From the NCBI GenBank assembly GCA_963732385.1, contig CAVSZB010000003.1, forward strand, positions 352,001 through 416,000: DNA of 64,000 nt. The letters are read 5' to 3'. The stretch comes from an uncultured bacterium. Lineage in GTDB: Bacteria > Krumholzibacteriota > Krumholzibacteriia > LZORAL124-64-63. Position numbers and translations under genes: made by a program. Positions 43,301 to 56,416 of the stretch are shown here, one piece after another (positions within the stretch are counted from its first letter, which is position 1; every line of letters begins with the position of its first letter). The notes under the pieces are model-generated. The model searched no databases. It was not told the DNA's origin and worked only from the letters and a program-made list of their open reading frames with translations.

Positions 43301-43882
43301 TCAGCCGGCCATCCGCTTCGCCACCATGTCCCAGTCGACGAGATTCCAGAAGGCCTCCACGTACTTCGGCCGGGCGTTGCGGTAGTCGATGTAGTAGGCG
43401 TGCTCCCAGACGTCGCAGGTCAGGAGGGGGCGGTTGCTGGTCGTGAGCGGCGTGGCGGCATTGCTGGTGCTGGCCAGTTCGAGCTTGCCGGCAGGCGTCA
43501 GGACGAGCCAGGCCCAGCCCGACCCGAACGTGCCGACCGCCGTCTTCGTGAACTGCTCCCTGAACGCGGCGAACGAGCCGAATGTCTGCGCGATCGCGTC
43601 GGCCAGGGCGCCCTGCGGCTCGCCGCCGCCACGCGGGGCGAGGCTGTGCCAGTAGAACGTGTGATTCCAGATCTGGGCCGCGTTGTTGAAGAGAGGGCCG
43701 GAGGCGCGGCGCACGATTTCCTCGAGCGGCAGGTGCTCGAACTCCGTGCCCGGGATCAGTCCGTTGAGATTGGTGACGTAGGTGGCGTGGTGCTTGCCGT
43801 GGTGGAACCCGAGCGTCTCGGCGGAAAGATGCGGGGCGAGGGCACCCACGTCGTAGGGCAGGGACGGCAGCTGGTGCGTCAT
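43301..43882 (-). CDS. sodB: Fe superoxide dismutase
   Basis: [20 protein letters not shown] (Fe-type AAQ), [19 protein letters not shown]. Confidence 0.95.
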   Translation of the reverse strand: MTHQLPSLPYDVGALAPHLSAETLGFHHGKHHATYVTNLNGLIPGTEFEHLPLEEIVRRASGPLFNNAAQIWNHTFYWHSLAPRGGGEPQGALADAIAQTFGSFAAFREQFTKTAVGTFGSGWAWLVLTPAGKLELASTSNAATPLTTSNRPLLTCDVWEHAYYIDYRNARPKYVEAFWNLVDWDMVAKRMAG

Positions 43883-44049
43883 GATATACCTCCTGCTATG
43901 GTCCGGACGCTGGCGCAGTCAGGATAGGCCTCGCGGCGGCGCCCTGACAACATGCATTCGGCGGGACGGGGCCGCCACTCGGGGGGTGGTGGCAACCGAA
44001 ACGGTCGGCGGGGCGTAACACAGGATTCCGGGTCGGCGAAAGGATTGTC

Positions 44050-45429
44050 ATGAAGCATCATCTCGCCACGTTCGCCCTGTTCACGCTGCTCTGCCTCCCC
44101 GGCGCCGTCGCGGGGACCGCGGAACCGGCGGTTGCCGTGCGCAGCGGTGCGCTGCGTCTCGAGAAGCCGCGCGCCGGGGAGTTGCTGGCCGCTCCGTTCG
44201 CGATCGACTCGCCGGTGGAGGTGGCCATCGAGGCGGTCGGCTGCGTGCCGAAGCTGAGCGACGACTACCTCGCCACGGCCTGGATTCTCGACGCCGGCAC
44301 GCGTCGCGCGGTCTGGTCGCTCGATGCCCGCGAGCGCGACCTCGCTCCTGACGACCGCTTTCTGCGCGTGGCGAGCGAGCGCCTGCGTCTGGCGCCCGGG
44401 CGTTACGTCCTCTACCTGTTCGGCGGGACGCAGTGGCGCCACGAAGCGCCATTTCGCAGCTTCAGCAATGTCCTCAACGACATTGCCGACCTGATCAACC
44501 GCGACAATCCGGGCCAGGATCCGCAGCCGTATCTCGACCGCTGTTTCGTCGCCGTGTCGCCTGCGCCCGGGGCGCCGGCGGACGCGCTCGCTCCGTTGCC
44601 CGCGACCGCCGGCGCGACCGCGCCGGGCGACCCCTCGGCCGGCGCCCTGCTTGATCTGTCCCGCGCCTCCGGCGACACGGTGCTGGCGCGCGCCTTCCGG
44701 CTCGCCCGCCCGACGACGCTGCGCCTGCGCGCCTACGCCGAGGCGGCCCGCGACTCGACGCGTCTGCACGACTGGGCCTGGATCGAGGACGCGGCCACCG
44801 GAGCGCCGGCCTGGCTGCTGGACGGATCAGCCACGCGTCGGGCCGGCGGCGCCCGCAAGAATCGCCTCTTCGAGGGGGAAGTGCGCCTGCCGGCCGGCGA
44901 CTACGTGGCGCGCTTCGTCACCGACGACACGCATGCCTGGGGCGCCTGGAACGCCGCCCCGCCCGTCGACCCCGACGCCTGGGGCCTGGCCCTCTTCCCC
45001 GGCGCCGGCTGCGTCCCCGGCGACCTGCAGCCGCTCGCGCTCGACGCGGTGCGCCGCAGTCCCGGCCGGCTCGCCGTGCTCACCATGGCCCGCGACGACG
45101 AAGACCGTCGCCAGGAGTTCACGCTGGTCAAGCCGGCCCGGGTCCACATCGAAGCGCTGCTCGAAGGCCCTGGCGACAGCATGTCCGACCGGGCCTGGAT
45201 CGCCGAATCCGCCACCGGACGCAAGGTCTGGACGCTCGACTACGATGTCACCAAGCCGGCCGGCGGCGCCGCCAAGAACCGCAGCTTCACCGGCGAGATC
45301 GACCTGCCCGCCGGCCGCTTCACCGCGCACGTGCGCTGTGACGGCAGCCACGCCTTCGGCGCCTGGAACGCCGATCCGCCGCCCGAGCCGTGGCGTTGGG
45401 GCATGATGGTTACGGTGGCGGGGCGGTAG
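44050..45429 (+). CDS. Secreted protein with three repeated beta-rich modules
   Basis: Signal peptide; modules F.l..p..v.i.A...AWI.da.tg...W; copies 2 and 3 share AGGA.KNR.F.GE..LPAG...D..HA.GAWNA.PP..P..WG. Confidence 0.7.
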   Translation: MKHHLATFALFTLLCLPGAVAGTAEPAVAVRSGALRLEKPRAGELLAAPFAIDSPVEVAIEAVGCVPKLSDDYLATAWILDAGTRRAVWSLDARERDLAPDDRFLRVASERLRLAPGRYVLYLFGGTQWRHEAPFRSFSNVLNDIADLINRDNPGQDPQPYLDRCFVAVSPAPGAPADALAPLPATAGATAPGDPSAGALLDLSRASGDTVLARAFRLARPTTLRLRAYAEAARDSTRLHDWAWIEDAATGAPAWLLDGSATRRAGGARKNRLFEGEVRLPAGDYVARFVTDDTHAWGAWNAAPPVDPDAWGLALFPGAGCVPGDLQPLALDAVRRSPGRLAVLTMARDDEDRRQEFTLVKPARVHIEALLEGPGDSMSDRAWIAESATGRKVWTLDYDVTKPAGGAAKNRSFTGEIDLPAGRFTAHVRCDGSHAFGAWNADPPPEPWRWGMMVTVAGR

Positions 45430-45511
45430 GCGTAGGCGGGGCGACAGACGCGGCGGCCGCCTCCGGATGGAGGCGGCCGCCGGTGTTTCCTGGCGCGCCG
45501 GGTCGCGTCGT

Positions 45512-48244
<2,733 letters not shown>

Positions 48245-48400
48245 GGCTCGGTGCACCTCGTGATTCGGGGGAGGGATGGACGGACGGGATCATGATCCAC
48301 CCGCGGGCCTGCCGGGCGAAACGCTTTTTACGCGTTTGAAGGGGCGTGGGTTGCGGAGAAAGCGTCCGCGGGGCGGGAGAGAGGCGCCCCGCGGCGTCGG

Positions 48401-49045
48401 TCAGGCAGCCACGGAAACCGGCGTTTCGGTCGGGAATTCCGCGGACGGGCGCTCCGGCGTCGGCTCCGGTGCGGGGACCGTGACCGGCTCCGGCGTCGCC
48501 GTCTCCTCTCCGATCAGCATGCCGAGCCGGTCGGCCAGCTTTGCCAGCGCCTGCTGCACGTCGTCGAGCAGCGCCGCCGGGTCGAAATCGTCGCCCCGGC
48601 CCGCAGCGTGGAAGGCGGTCCTGAGGTCGTCGCGGAACGCCTTGGCCGTGTCACGCAATTCTTCGCGCACGGCGGGGTCGAGGTCGGGGTTGTTCCGGAT
48701 GATCGCCTGCAGTTCGTGCCGCACCTCCCGGCTGATCTGGCGCAGCAACTGCGAAACGTGCGGACGGCCGAAACGCTCGCCCGCGGCCCGGTCGACCTCT
48801 CGGTCCGGCGCGCCGACCGTGGCGGGGGTGGTGGCGCTGCCGCTGTTCAGGACGAGGCTCACCTGGAGCGAGGCGGACCACTGCCAGGATGCGCTGAAGG
48901 AGAGCGTGGCGCCGGTCGGGCTGTCCGGGGTGGAAACTGTGGCCGCGATGCCCGTCGCCGCGGCGGTCGAGGGGGCTGTCCTGGCGGCGATGCCAGACGT
49001 CCCCGGGGACGGGGAATGGACGTTATTGACATGATCGAGTCGCAT
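48401..49045 (-). CDS. Hypothetical protein
   Basis: RBS GGGAGG before ATG 49045; low-complexity N-terminus, helical core, ends VSVAA; own sigma28-like promoter. Confidence 0.55.
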   Translation of the reverse strand: MRLDHVNNVHSPSPGTSGIAARTAPSTAAATGIAATVSTPDSPTGATLSFSASWQWSASLQVSLVLNSGSATTPATVGAPDREVDRAAGERFGRPHVSQLLRQISREVRHELQAIIRNNPDLDPAVREELRDTAKAFRDDLRTAFHAAGRGDDFDPAALLDDVQQALAKLADRLGMLIGEETATPEPVTVPAPEPTPERPSAEFPTETPVSVAA

Positions 49046-49111
49046 GCCGACCTCCCTGTCGGAAATGAGGCGCGGTTTCTGCAAACGCGCCGCGCGGATC
49101 CATCGCTCGTC

Positions 49112-49138
49112 TTATCGGTCGCCGGAGGAAGGGCTTGA
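49112..49138 (-). promoter_or_regulatory. sigma28-like promoter
   Basis: TCAA-N15-ACCGATAA on the minus strand. Confidence 0.6.
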
Positions 49139-49290
49139 GGGGGGCGCCAGGCCCTTCCGCGCCACGTCCGCTGAAACATCTTGTCCTGGCCGGTGGGGCG
49201 GGATAAGGATGAGGTCCATCCTGATCCCCAATGACGACGTACAGCCTGGGTTGACAACGCGACCTCGTCCTCGTCCCAAGGAGGAGAAGC

Positions 49291-52200
49291 ATGCGCCCGG
49301 TTTCATCATGGCTGCTCGTGGTCCTGCTCTGCGCCCTGGCGTCCGCCAGCACCGCGGTCGTTCCGAGCGGGTGGACCGAGAACTTCGCGACCAGCGCCCT
49401 GCGCGATCCGGCGGTGACAACGGCCGACTGGGACACGGTCAGCGGCCGTCTCCACCTCTGGCCGCTTCCGATCGACCAGCGGGGCGCGCTCGACACTCCG
49501 GGCACGGCCTACGATGTGGTGCTGGCAGGCGATCTGGCCTACATCGCCGACTACGACAACGGGTTGCGCATCGTCAGCCTGGCCGATCCCACCGCTCCGG
49601 TCGAGGTGGGCGCCTACGACTCGCCCGGCTACACCACGGACATCTGGCTGCATCCACCCTATGCGTTCCTGTCGGACGGTGCCGGCAGCAACGGCGGCGT
49701 GCGGATCGTCGATGTGAGCAACCCGGCCGCGCCCACCTCGTCCGGCGTGTTCATCTCGGCCGGCTACGTGAACGGAGTCGCCGTGCAGGGGAACGTGGCC
49801 GCCGTGGCGAGCGGCATGCTCGGCGTGCAGTTCATCGACATCACCGACCCGACGGCGCCGGTGGATCTCGGCACGATCGACACGCCCGGCTATGCCTACG
49901 CGCTGGCGTACGTCGGCCGGTACGTCTACGTGGCCGATGGCACGGCCGGGATGGCCGTGATCGACGCGCTCGACCCGACGGCGCCGGTGCAGGCGGGGGC
50001 CTACGACACCGACGGTTCGGCCTACGATGTGCTCGTGGCCGGTCGGCGGGCCTACGTGGCGGACTACGGGAATGGTGTGGTCATCCTCGACCTGTCGACC
50101 CCGACCGCTCCGTCTTTGCTCGGCTCCTGCGCCACCCCGGGGCAGGCGCGGGGCCTCGCGCTCGACGGCAGCTTCCTGCAGGTCGCTGACGGCGAAGCCG
50201 GCATCGAAGTGTTCGATGTCGCCGATCCGGCCGCTCCGGTGCTCGTGCAGTCCTGGGACACCTCCGGCCAGGCGCTCGGCGTGGCGATCGGCGCCGAGCT
50301 GACGCTGGTGGCCGACGGGTCCGCTGGTCTGCAGGTGTTGCGGCACCGGCGGCTGACCGACCAGCCGTACGTGCATCTGCAGGGGGTCGAGTCGTCCTCC
50401 CAGATGACGCTGGACATGACGCTGGACGGTCGCCTGGCCTACCTGACCGGCTACGGCGGGACGTCCGTCCAGGACGTGAGCGATCCGGAGGCCCCCGAGC
50501 AGATCGGCTTCCTCCCGCTTGGCGGCGAAGCGCTCGACGTGGCGGGGACTTTGGCCTGCGTTGTCGCCTCCGGGGTGGGGCTGTTCGTCGTGGATTTCGG
50601 CGATCCGACGCAGCCGCAGGAGGTCGGCTTTCTCGCGCTGCCGGGCTTGCCGCAGGATGTGGTGATCAGCGGGCGCTACGCCTACGTCGCCTGCGGGGTC
50701 TCCGGTTTGCAGGTGGTGGATCTGGCGGTGCCGACCGCGCCGGCTCTGGTCGGTGCGCTCGCCTTCCCCGGCAACAGCATGAGTCTCGAGGTGACCGGCG
50801 ACCGGGTCTGCGTCGCCGCGCAGCACGGCGGCCTGCGGGTGATCGACGTGAGCGATCCGTTGCTCCCGGTGCAGGCAGGATTCTTCATGGGGTCCGGGAA
50901 CGTCGTGGATGTCGCCGTCGGTGGCGACTTCGCCTACGTGGTCGAATTCTACGGCGACATCGTGCGGAAGCTGGACGTGAGCAATCCGGCCAGCATCGTG
51001 GAGGTCGGCTCGATAGCGATGGCGCGGCCGCGGCGGATCGCCGTGTCGGGGCACCTGGCCGCGATCGTGACCGGAAACACGGAGCTGAACCTGATCGAGG
51101 TGGGCGACAACCCCGGCTTCGGCTCCCTCCTGGAGCAGCAGTCCGGCCTCTCTCCGAACTGCGTGGCGTTCTGCGGCGATTACCTGCTGACCGGCGACCA
51201 GGAGTGGTCCCCGTACGCACCGTACGAATTCGTCCAGCGCTGGCGCGATCCGGATCGCAACGTCGGGCAGGGTTTCCTGGGCGAGACGGGCGCGGGCTAT
51301 GCCATCAAGGCGCGCCTGACGACGGTGCAGTGGAACGGGTGGATGTTCAGCTGGATGTACGACCACGTGTTCGACTGGTATCTGGTGTCCAATGCCGGCA
51401 CGGTCGAACAGGCCTTCCCCCGGAACGGCAGCTGGGTCACGCTGGACCAGCCGGCGTGGAGTCTGGGCTGGCGGGCCGAATGCACCTACACCCTCGGGCG
51501 CGAGGGGCCGTACGTCGACAGTCTCACGCTCGAGATCCTGCGCGACCTGCCGGTCATTAGTTCGGTGACCGACGTACCGGGCGACCAGGGGGGCCAGGTG
51601 CGGCTGCGCTGGATCCGCTCCGCGTACGACGAGGCGGAGAGCGACTATCCGATCGCCGAGTACTCCGTGTACCGGCGGATCGGAGATCCGGTGCTGGAGA
51701 AGGGTAAGGCGGGCGCCGCGGGCGCGGTTGTCGATCCGCAGGGGGCGTCCGACAAGGCCTGGCCGCCCGGCGAGTGGGATTACCTGCTGACGGTGCCGGC
51801 GGACGGCGAGGAAAGCTACAGTGTCGTCGTGCCGACGCTGCGGGATTCGACGGCTGACGACGCCAACCGCGTCACATTCTTCGTGCGCGCCCGGACGCTC
51901 GAGCCGGGCGTGCTGTTCGACGCCCCGCCCGACAGCGGCTGCTCGGTGGACAATCTCGCGCCGGCGGCGCCGCGCGCGTTCATGGTCACCTACACCGTGG
52001 GGGGCAACCTCCTGGCCTGGGGCGCCCCCGACGCGATCGATGTGGCCCACTACCGCGTCTACCGCGGAGCCAGTTCCGATTTCGTGCCGGCGCCGGAGAG
52101 CCTGCTCGCCGAAACGACCAGCACGGCCTGGATCGACCGGCCGACTTTCCCCTGGGGCTGGTACTACAAGGTGGCGGCGGTCGACCTGGCCGGAAACGAG

Positions 52201-52545
52201 GGGCCGGTCGCGGCGCCCTCCGTGGTGACCGGCGTTCCCGATTCGGAGCCCGGCGGCGCCCCCGCCCGCTTCGCCCTGCGCGGCGCCACGCCCAACCCGT
52301 TCAATCCGAGTACGACGATCAGTTTCGACGTGCCGGCGTCCGGCGGCGAGGTGCGTCTCGATCTGTATGACGCGCGCGGTCGCCTCGTCCGCACGCTCGT
52401 GAACGGTCGCCGGGATCCGGGTCGGCAGGAGGCGGTCTGGAATGGACGCGACGTGGCCGGTCGCCGCGTACCGTCGGGGGTCTATTTTGCGCGTCTGCGC
52501 GCCACCGGCTGTGACGCGGTGGTGAAAGTGACCCTGGCCGGCTGA
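49291..52545 (+). CDS. Secreted LVIVD-repeat protein with FN3-like and C-terminal FlgD-Ig domains
   Basis: Many DTPG.A..V.v.G.yAYVAD...GL.ivDvsdP..P repeats, DVPGDQGGQVRLRW, VDNLAPAAP, PNPFNPSTTISF...SGVYFARL. Confidence 0.88.
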   Translation: MRPVSSWLLVVLLCALASASTAVVPSGWTENFATSALRDPAVTTADWDTVSGRLHLWPLPIDQRGALDTPGTAYDVVLAGDLAYIADYDNGLRIVSLADPTAPVEVGAYDSPGYTTDIWLHPPYAFLSDGAGSNGGVRIVDVSNPAAPTSSGVFISAGYVNGVAVQGNVAAVASGMLGVQFIDITDPTAPVDLGTIDTPGYAYALAYVGRYVYVADGTAGMAVIDALDPTAPVQAGAYDTDGSAYDVLVAGRRAYVADYGNGVVILDLSTPTAPSLLGSCATPGQARGLALDGSFLQVADGEAGIEVFDVADPAAPVLVQSWDTSGQALGVAIGAELTLVADGSAGLQVLRHRRLTDQPYVHLQGVESSSQMTLDMTLDGRLAYLTGYGGTSVQDVSDPEAPEQIGFLPLGGEALDVAGTLACVVASGVGLFVVDFGDPTQPQEVGFLALPGLPQDVVISGRYAYVACGVSGLQVVDLAVPTAPALVGALAFPGNSMSLEVTGDRVCVAAQHGGLRVIDVSDPLLPVQAGFFMGSGNVVDVAVGGDFAYVVEFYGDIVRKLDVSNPASIVEVGSIAMARPRRIAVSGHLAAIVTGNTELNLIEVGDNPGFGSLLEQQSGLSPNCVAFCGDYLLTGDQEWSPYAPYEFVQRWRDPDRNVGQGFLGETGAGYAIKARLTTVQWNGWMFSWMYDHVFDWYLVSNAGTVEQAFPRNGSWVTLDQPAWSLGWRAECTYTLGREGPYVDSLTLEILRDLPVISSVTDVPGDQGGQVRLRWIRSAYDEAESDYPIAEYSVYRRIGDPVLEKGKAGAAGAVVDPQGASDKAWPPGEWDYLLTVPADGEESYSVVVPTLRDSTADDANRVTFFVRARTLEPGVLFDAPPDSGCSVDNLAPAAPRAFMVTYTVGGNLLAWGAPDAIDVAHYRVYRGASSDFVPAPESLLAETTSTAWIDRPTFPWGWYYKVAAVDLAGNEGPVAAPSVVTGVPDSEPGGAPARFALRGATPNPFNPSTTISFDVPASGGEVRLDLYDARGRLVRTLVNGRRDPGRQEAVWNGRDVAGRRVPSGVYFARLRATGCDAVVKVTLAG

Positions 52546-52641
52546 TGAAACCGGTCGTTGCACGGGGCGGGCCGGCGCTGCGGCGTCCGGCCCGTCCCCG
52601 AACCCGTTGCGCCCCGCCCGGCCGCGTGCCACAATCCGCGC

Positions 52642-54930
52642 ATGCGAATCCGGCGCCGGTTAGCCATCTTCGGTCTGGTCTGCTGCGCGTTGTCCGCGCG
52701 TCCCGCCGCCGCTCCCGCCCAGGAATGTCTGGAGTATGGCGCGTACCTGCACTGGCTCGGTGATGCCGCCGCGCCGGGGCAGGCGCGTGGCGTAGCCGTG
52801 GCGGATGGCTATGCCTACGTGGCGTGCGGCGAAGCGGGACTGCAGATCGTCAGCCTGGCCGATCCGACAGCGCCGGTGGTCGTGGGGGGCGTCGACACGC
52901 CGGGCGAGGCGTACGGCGTGGCGGTGGCGGGCGGTTATGCCTACGTGGCTGACTACACTGCCGGTCTGCAGGTGATCGATGTGTCCGATCCGGCGCTGCC
53001 GGCGATCGTCGGCGCGCGCGACACGAGCGACCACGCGCACGGGGTGGCGCTTTCGGCGGGCGGCACGCTTGCCTACGTGGCCGACGGGGCTGACGGCCTG
53101 ATCGTGCTCAACATCGCCTTGCCGACCGACCCACGCATCCTCAAGGGCGCCAACACCGAAGGCTATGCGGTCGGTGTGGCGGTGCTGGGGACCTATGCGT
53201 ACGTCGCCGACAGCGGGGGCGGTCTGCAGGTGATCGACGTGGCGAACGCCACCCAGCCGGTGGTGTGTGGCGCCGTGCGCACCGCAGACTTCGCGCAGGG
53301 GGTGGCGGCAGCGGCCGGACGCGTGTACGTCGCCGCGGGCAATGCCGGCCTGGTCAGTTTCGACGTGTCCGATCCGCTCCAGCCCGCGCCGCTCGACACG
53401 CTCGACACCCCTGGCTACGCGCTGGGCGTGGCGGTGGCGGGCGGCCGGATTTACGTCGCCGACAGCGGCGCGGGGCTGCAGGTGGTCGATGCGGCGGATC
53501 CCGCGCACCTGTGGCTTGCGGCGTCGATCGATACCCAGGAGCATTCGTACGGCGTGGCTCTGGCCGGCGCACTCGCCTGCGTGGCGAACGGCACGTCCGG
53601 GTTGATGTTGCTCGACGTGTCCGCCGCCGCCGCCGTGCCGACCGCCGGCGCCATCGACACGCCGGGCAATGCTCTCGACGTGGCCCTGACGCCGGCCGGG
53701 TGGGCCTTCGTGGCGGATGGCTCACCGGGCCTGCAGGTGGTCGACGCGCGTGACGTGCTGGCGCCGCAGGTCGTCGACGTCTTCGACACGGCCGGGAGCG
53801 CCCGGGGCGTTGCGCTGCTTGGGGATCGCCTCCTGGTGGCGGACGGTCCGGGGGGCCTGCTGGTTTTCGATGTCAGCGTGCCGGGGGCGCCTCTGCCGCT
53901 CGGCTCCATCGACACGCCGGGCGCCGGCGCCGACGTGGCGGCCGGCATCGCGCCGCGCGCCGACGGCGGCGCCGACACGCTCGCGGTGGTGGCGGACGGG
54001 ACCTATGGCGTTCGCGTGTACGATCTGCGGGACCCGGAGCACCCGGCCTGGCACGAGGGGTACTACAATACGCCCGGCTGGGCCGCCGCCGTGGCGCTGG
54101 CCGGAACCTTCACGCGCGGCTCTCCGCTCGACCGCCCGTACGTCTGCGTCGCCGACAGTGGCGGCGGCCTGGCCGTGGTCGATCTCACCGATCCCGCCGC
54201 GCCAATGCTGGCCGGCACCGTGGCTACGCCGGGGCCGGCGCTCGGTCTGGCGCTGGCGAGTGGCTATGCCTTCGTGGCGTGCGGCGCCGCCGGGCTGGTG
54301 ACCGTCGATCTGACCGACCCCGCCGACCCGCGCATCGTCGGGCGCGTCGATACCCCCGGCATCGCCGCCGGCGTGGCCATCGGGGGTGGGGAGGGCTCGG
54401 TGCACGCCTACGTGGCCGACGGCACGACCGGCCTGATCGTCGTGGACGTGACCGACCCGCGCGCTTTGCGCATGGTCGGTGGCGTCGATACGCCCGGCGT
54501 GGCGGCCGCCGTGGCGTTGAACTGGGCGTTCGCGTTCGTGGCCGACAGCGCCGGCGGGCTGCGCATCGTGTCGCGCCAGTGCGAGGTCGGTCTCGGCATC
54601 GACCCGCCCGATCCGCCACCGCCGCCGGAAGACACGGCCGCGCCACCGCCGGCGCGCGACCGGCTCGCGGCCCCCTATCCGAACCCGTTCAACCCGCGCG
54701 TGACCGTGCCGTTCGCGCTGGCGCGCGCGGCGGCGGTTCAACTGACCGTGTTCGACGCCGCCGGTCGCCGCGTGGCGGAACTGCTCGACGGCGAACGTCC
54801 CGCCGGCGCGGCCCGTGTCGTCTGGGACGGCTGCGACGCTGCGGGCCGGCCGGTCGCCTCCGGCACGTATTTCGTGAGACTGACGACGGAGGGAACGGTC
54901 GAGAGCCGGTCCCTGCTGCTGGCCCGCTAG
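52642..54930 (+). CDS. Secreted LVIVD-repeat protein with C-terminal FlgD-Ig domain
   Basis: Signal peptide to APA-QEC, tandem LVIVD repeats, Pro-rich linker, PYPNPFNPRVT...SGTYFVRL. Confidence 0.88.
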   Translation: MRIRRRLAIFGLVCCALSARPAAAPAQECLEYGAYLHWLGDAAAPGQARGVAVADGYAYVACGEAGLQIVSLADPTAPVVVGGVDTPGEAYGVAVAGGYAYVADYTAGLQVIDVSDPALPAIVGARDTSDHAHGVALSAGGTLAYVADGADGLIVLNIALPTDPRILKGANTEGYAVGVAVLGTYAYVADSGGGLQVIDVANATQPVVCGAVRTADFAQGVAAAAGRVYVAAGNAGLVSFDVSDPLQPAPLDTLDTPGYALGVAVAGGRIYVADSGAGLQVVDAADPAHLWLAASIDTQEHSYGVALAGALACVANGTSGLMLLDVSAAAAVPTAGAIDTPGNALDVALTPAGWAFVADGSPGLQVVDARDVLAPQVVDVFDTAGSARGVALLGDRLLVADGPGGLLVFDVSVPGAPLPLGSIDTPGAGADVAAGIAPRADGGADTLAVVADGTYGVRVYDLRDPEHPAWHEGYYNTPGWAAAVALAGTFTRGSPLDRPYVCVADSGGGLAVVDLTDPAAPMLAGTVATPGPALGLALASGYAFVACGAAGLVTVDLTDPADPRIVGRVDTPGIAAGVAIGGGEGSVHAYVADGTTGLIVVDVTDPRALRMVGGVDTPGVAAAVALNWAFAFVADSAGGLRIVSRQCEVGLGIDPPDPPPPPEDTAAPPPARDRLAAPYPNPFNPRVTVPFALARAAAVQLTVFDAAGRRVAELLDGERPAGAARVVWDGCDAAGRPVASGTYFVRLTTEGTVESRSLLLAR

Positions 54931-54945
54931 AAAGGACCGGTTGCC

Positions 54946-55323
54946 GTGCTGCGGAAGCTGCTCTGGCTGGCGGGGGCGGGAACGCTCGGAACGTTCAGCC
55001 GTTATGCGCTGTCAGGCCTGGTCCAGCGCTGGACCGGCGCCGCGTTCCCCTGGGGGACGCTGGCGGTGAACGTGGTGGGCTGCTTCGCGGCGGGGCTGCT
55101 CTGGATGCTGGCCGAAACCAGGCTGGCCCTTTCGGCGACGGTCCGGACTGCCGCGCTCGTCGGTTTCCTCGGCGCATTCACCACCTTCTCGGCCTTCATG
55201 CTCGAGACGGGGCAACTCATGCGGGACGCGCAGTGGCTGCGCGCGGGGCTGAACATCCTGCTGCAGAACGGGATCGGCCTGGTCGCGCTGCTGGCCGGGT
55301 TCGCGGTGGCGCGCCGGATCTGA
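54946..55323 (+). CDS. crcB: Fluoride channel Fluc/CrcB
   Basis: G..GT..RY, FPWGTLAVNVVGCF, GFLGAFTTFSAF. Confidence 0.93.
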   Translation: MLRKLLWLAGAGTLGTFSRYALSGLVQRWTGAAFPWGTLAVNVVGCFAAGLLWMLAETRLALSATVRTAALVGFLGAFTTFSAFMLETGQLMRDAQWLRAGLNILLQNGIGLVALLAGFAVARRI

Positions 55324-55335
55324 GCCGCCGGAGGT

Positions 55336-55704
55336 ATGGTCATGAAACTGCCGAGCGAGGCGTGGCTTCTGCGGATCTTCATCGGCGAGAGCGATCGCCA
55401 TGAGGGGCGGCCGTTGTACGAAAAGATCACCGAGCTGGCGCGCCGCAGGGGGCTGGCCGGCGCGACCGTGCTGCGCGGCGTGACCGGGTTCGGAGCCAAC
55501 AGCCGCATCCACACCGCGAAGATCCTGCGGCTGTCGGAGGATCTGCCGATGGTCGTCGAGATCGTCGACGCGCCGGAGCGAATCGAGGCGTTCCTGCCCG
55601 AACTCGACGCCATGATCACCGAGGGGCTGGTCACGGTGGAGAACGTGCGCGTGTTCGCCTACCGACACAGCGGAGGGCGGGAGTTGCCGCCCGAGACGGC
55701 CTGA
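55336..55704 (+). CDS. DUF190 (PII-like) protein
   Basis: LLRIFIGESD...PLYE, GATVLRG..GFGANSRIHTAKILRLSEDLP..VEIVD; typical crcB neighbour. Confidence 0.9.
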   Translation: MVMKLPSEAWLLRIFIGESDRHEGRPLYEKITELARRRGLAGATVLRGVTGFGANSRIHTAKILRLSEDLPMVVEIVDAPERIEAFLPELDAMITEGLVTVENVRVFAYRHSGGRELPPETA

Positions 55705-55800
55705 ATCGCCGCCGGTCTGTCAGGGCCAAAACAGCTGTTTGCGATTAGGTTGTCAAATTGCGGCGGTGCGCCTTGCGCGTGCCGCGGAAAGGCAGGGAAC

Positions 55801-56322
55801 ATGGCGATCGAGGTGGGCAAGGCCGCCCCGGCGTTCACGCTGACCGACAGTGGTGGCAAGAGGGTGGCGCTGGGGGACTTCCGGGGGCGGGACGTCATCG
55901 TCTACTTCTATCCGAAGGACGACACGCCCGGCTGCACGAAGGAGGCCTGCGGCTTCCGCGACGCCTGGGAGGATCTGCAGAAGGCCGGCGTGATGGTGTT
56001 GGGCGTGTCGGCCGACAGCGAGGCGTCGCACGCGAAATTCGCGACGAAGCACAAGCTGCCGTTCATTCTCCTCTCCGACCCCGACCGCAAGGTGATGACG
56101 AAGTACGGCGCCTACGGCGAGAAGACGCTGTACGGCAAGACGGTCACCGGCGTGATCCGCTCCACTGTCTGGGTCGGCCCGGATGGCCGGGTGCGCCGGC
56201 ACTGGGCGAAAGTGACGAAAGCCGAGACGCATCCGGGACAGGTGCTGGCGGCGCTGCGGGCCGGCGCCGCGGGCGAGGCGCCGGGCCGGGCCGCGGCCGA
56301 CCGCGAGGAGTCCCGTCGCTGA
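55801..56322 (+). CDS. bcp: Peroxiredoxin BCP/PrxQ
   Basis: YFYPKDDTPGCTKEACGFRD, LLSDPD, IRST. Confidence 0.93.
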   Translation: MAIEVGKAAPAFTLTDSGGKRVALGDFRGRDVIVYFYPKDDTPGCTKEACGFRDAWEDLQKAGVMVLGVSADSEASHAKFATKHKLPFILLSDPDRKVMTKYGAYGEKTLYGKTVTGVIRSTVWVGPDGRVRRHWAKVTKAETHPGQVLAALRAGAAGEAPGRAAADREESRR

Positions 56323-56416
56323 AGCGGTCGGCCCGGACCGGACGCGAGGGGTTCGTGTCGTTGACCGCAACAGTCGAGTGGTTGTCGAAGATGCGCCTGC
56401 AGATGTTCGAGACGCC

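Noticed and set aside
49480..54560. Recurring DNA motifs (GACACGCCGGGC, TACGTGGCCGAC) as a CRISPR array or DGR repeats
   Set aside because: They are degenerate in-frame LVIVD codons. No identical repeat-spacer pattern, cas gene or reverse transcriptase in the window.
54931..54945. Fluoride riboswitch before crcB
   Set aside because: Only 15 nt of intergenic space. The leader at 49201-49290 has GATGAGGTC...GACCTC but lacks the canonical P1 and CUGAUG...CUAC elements.
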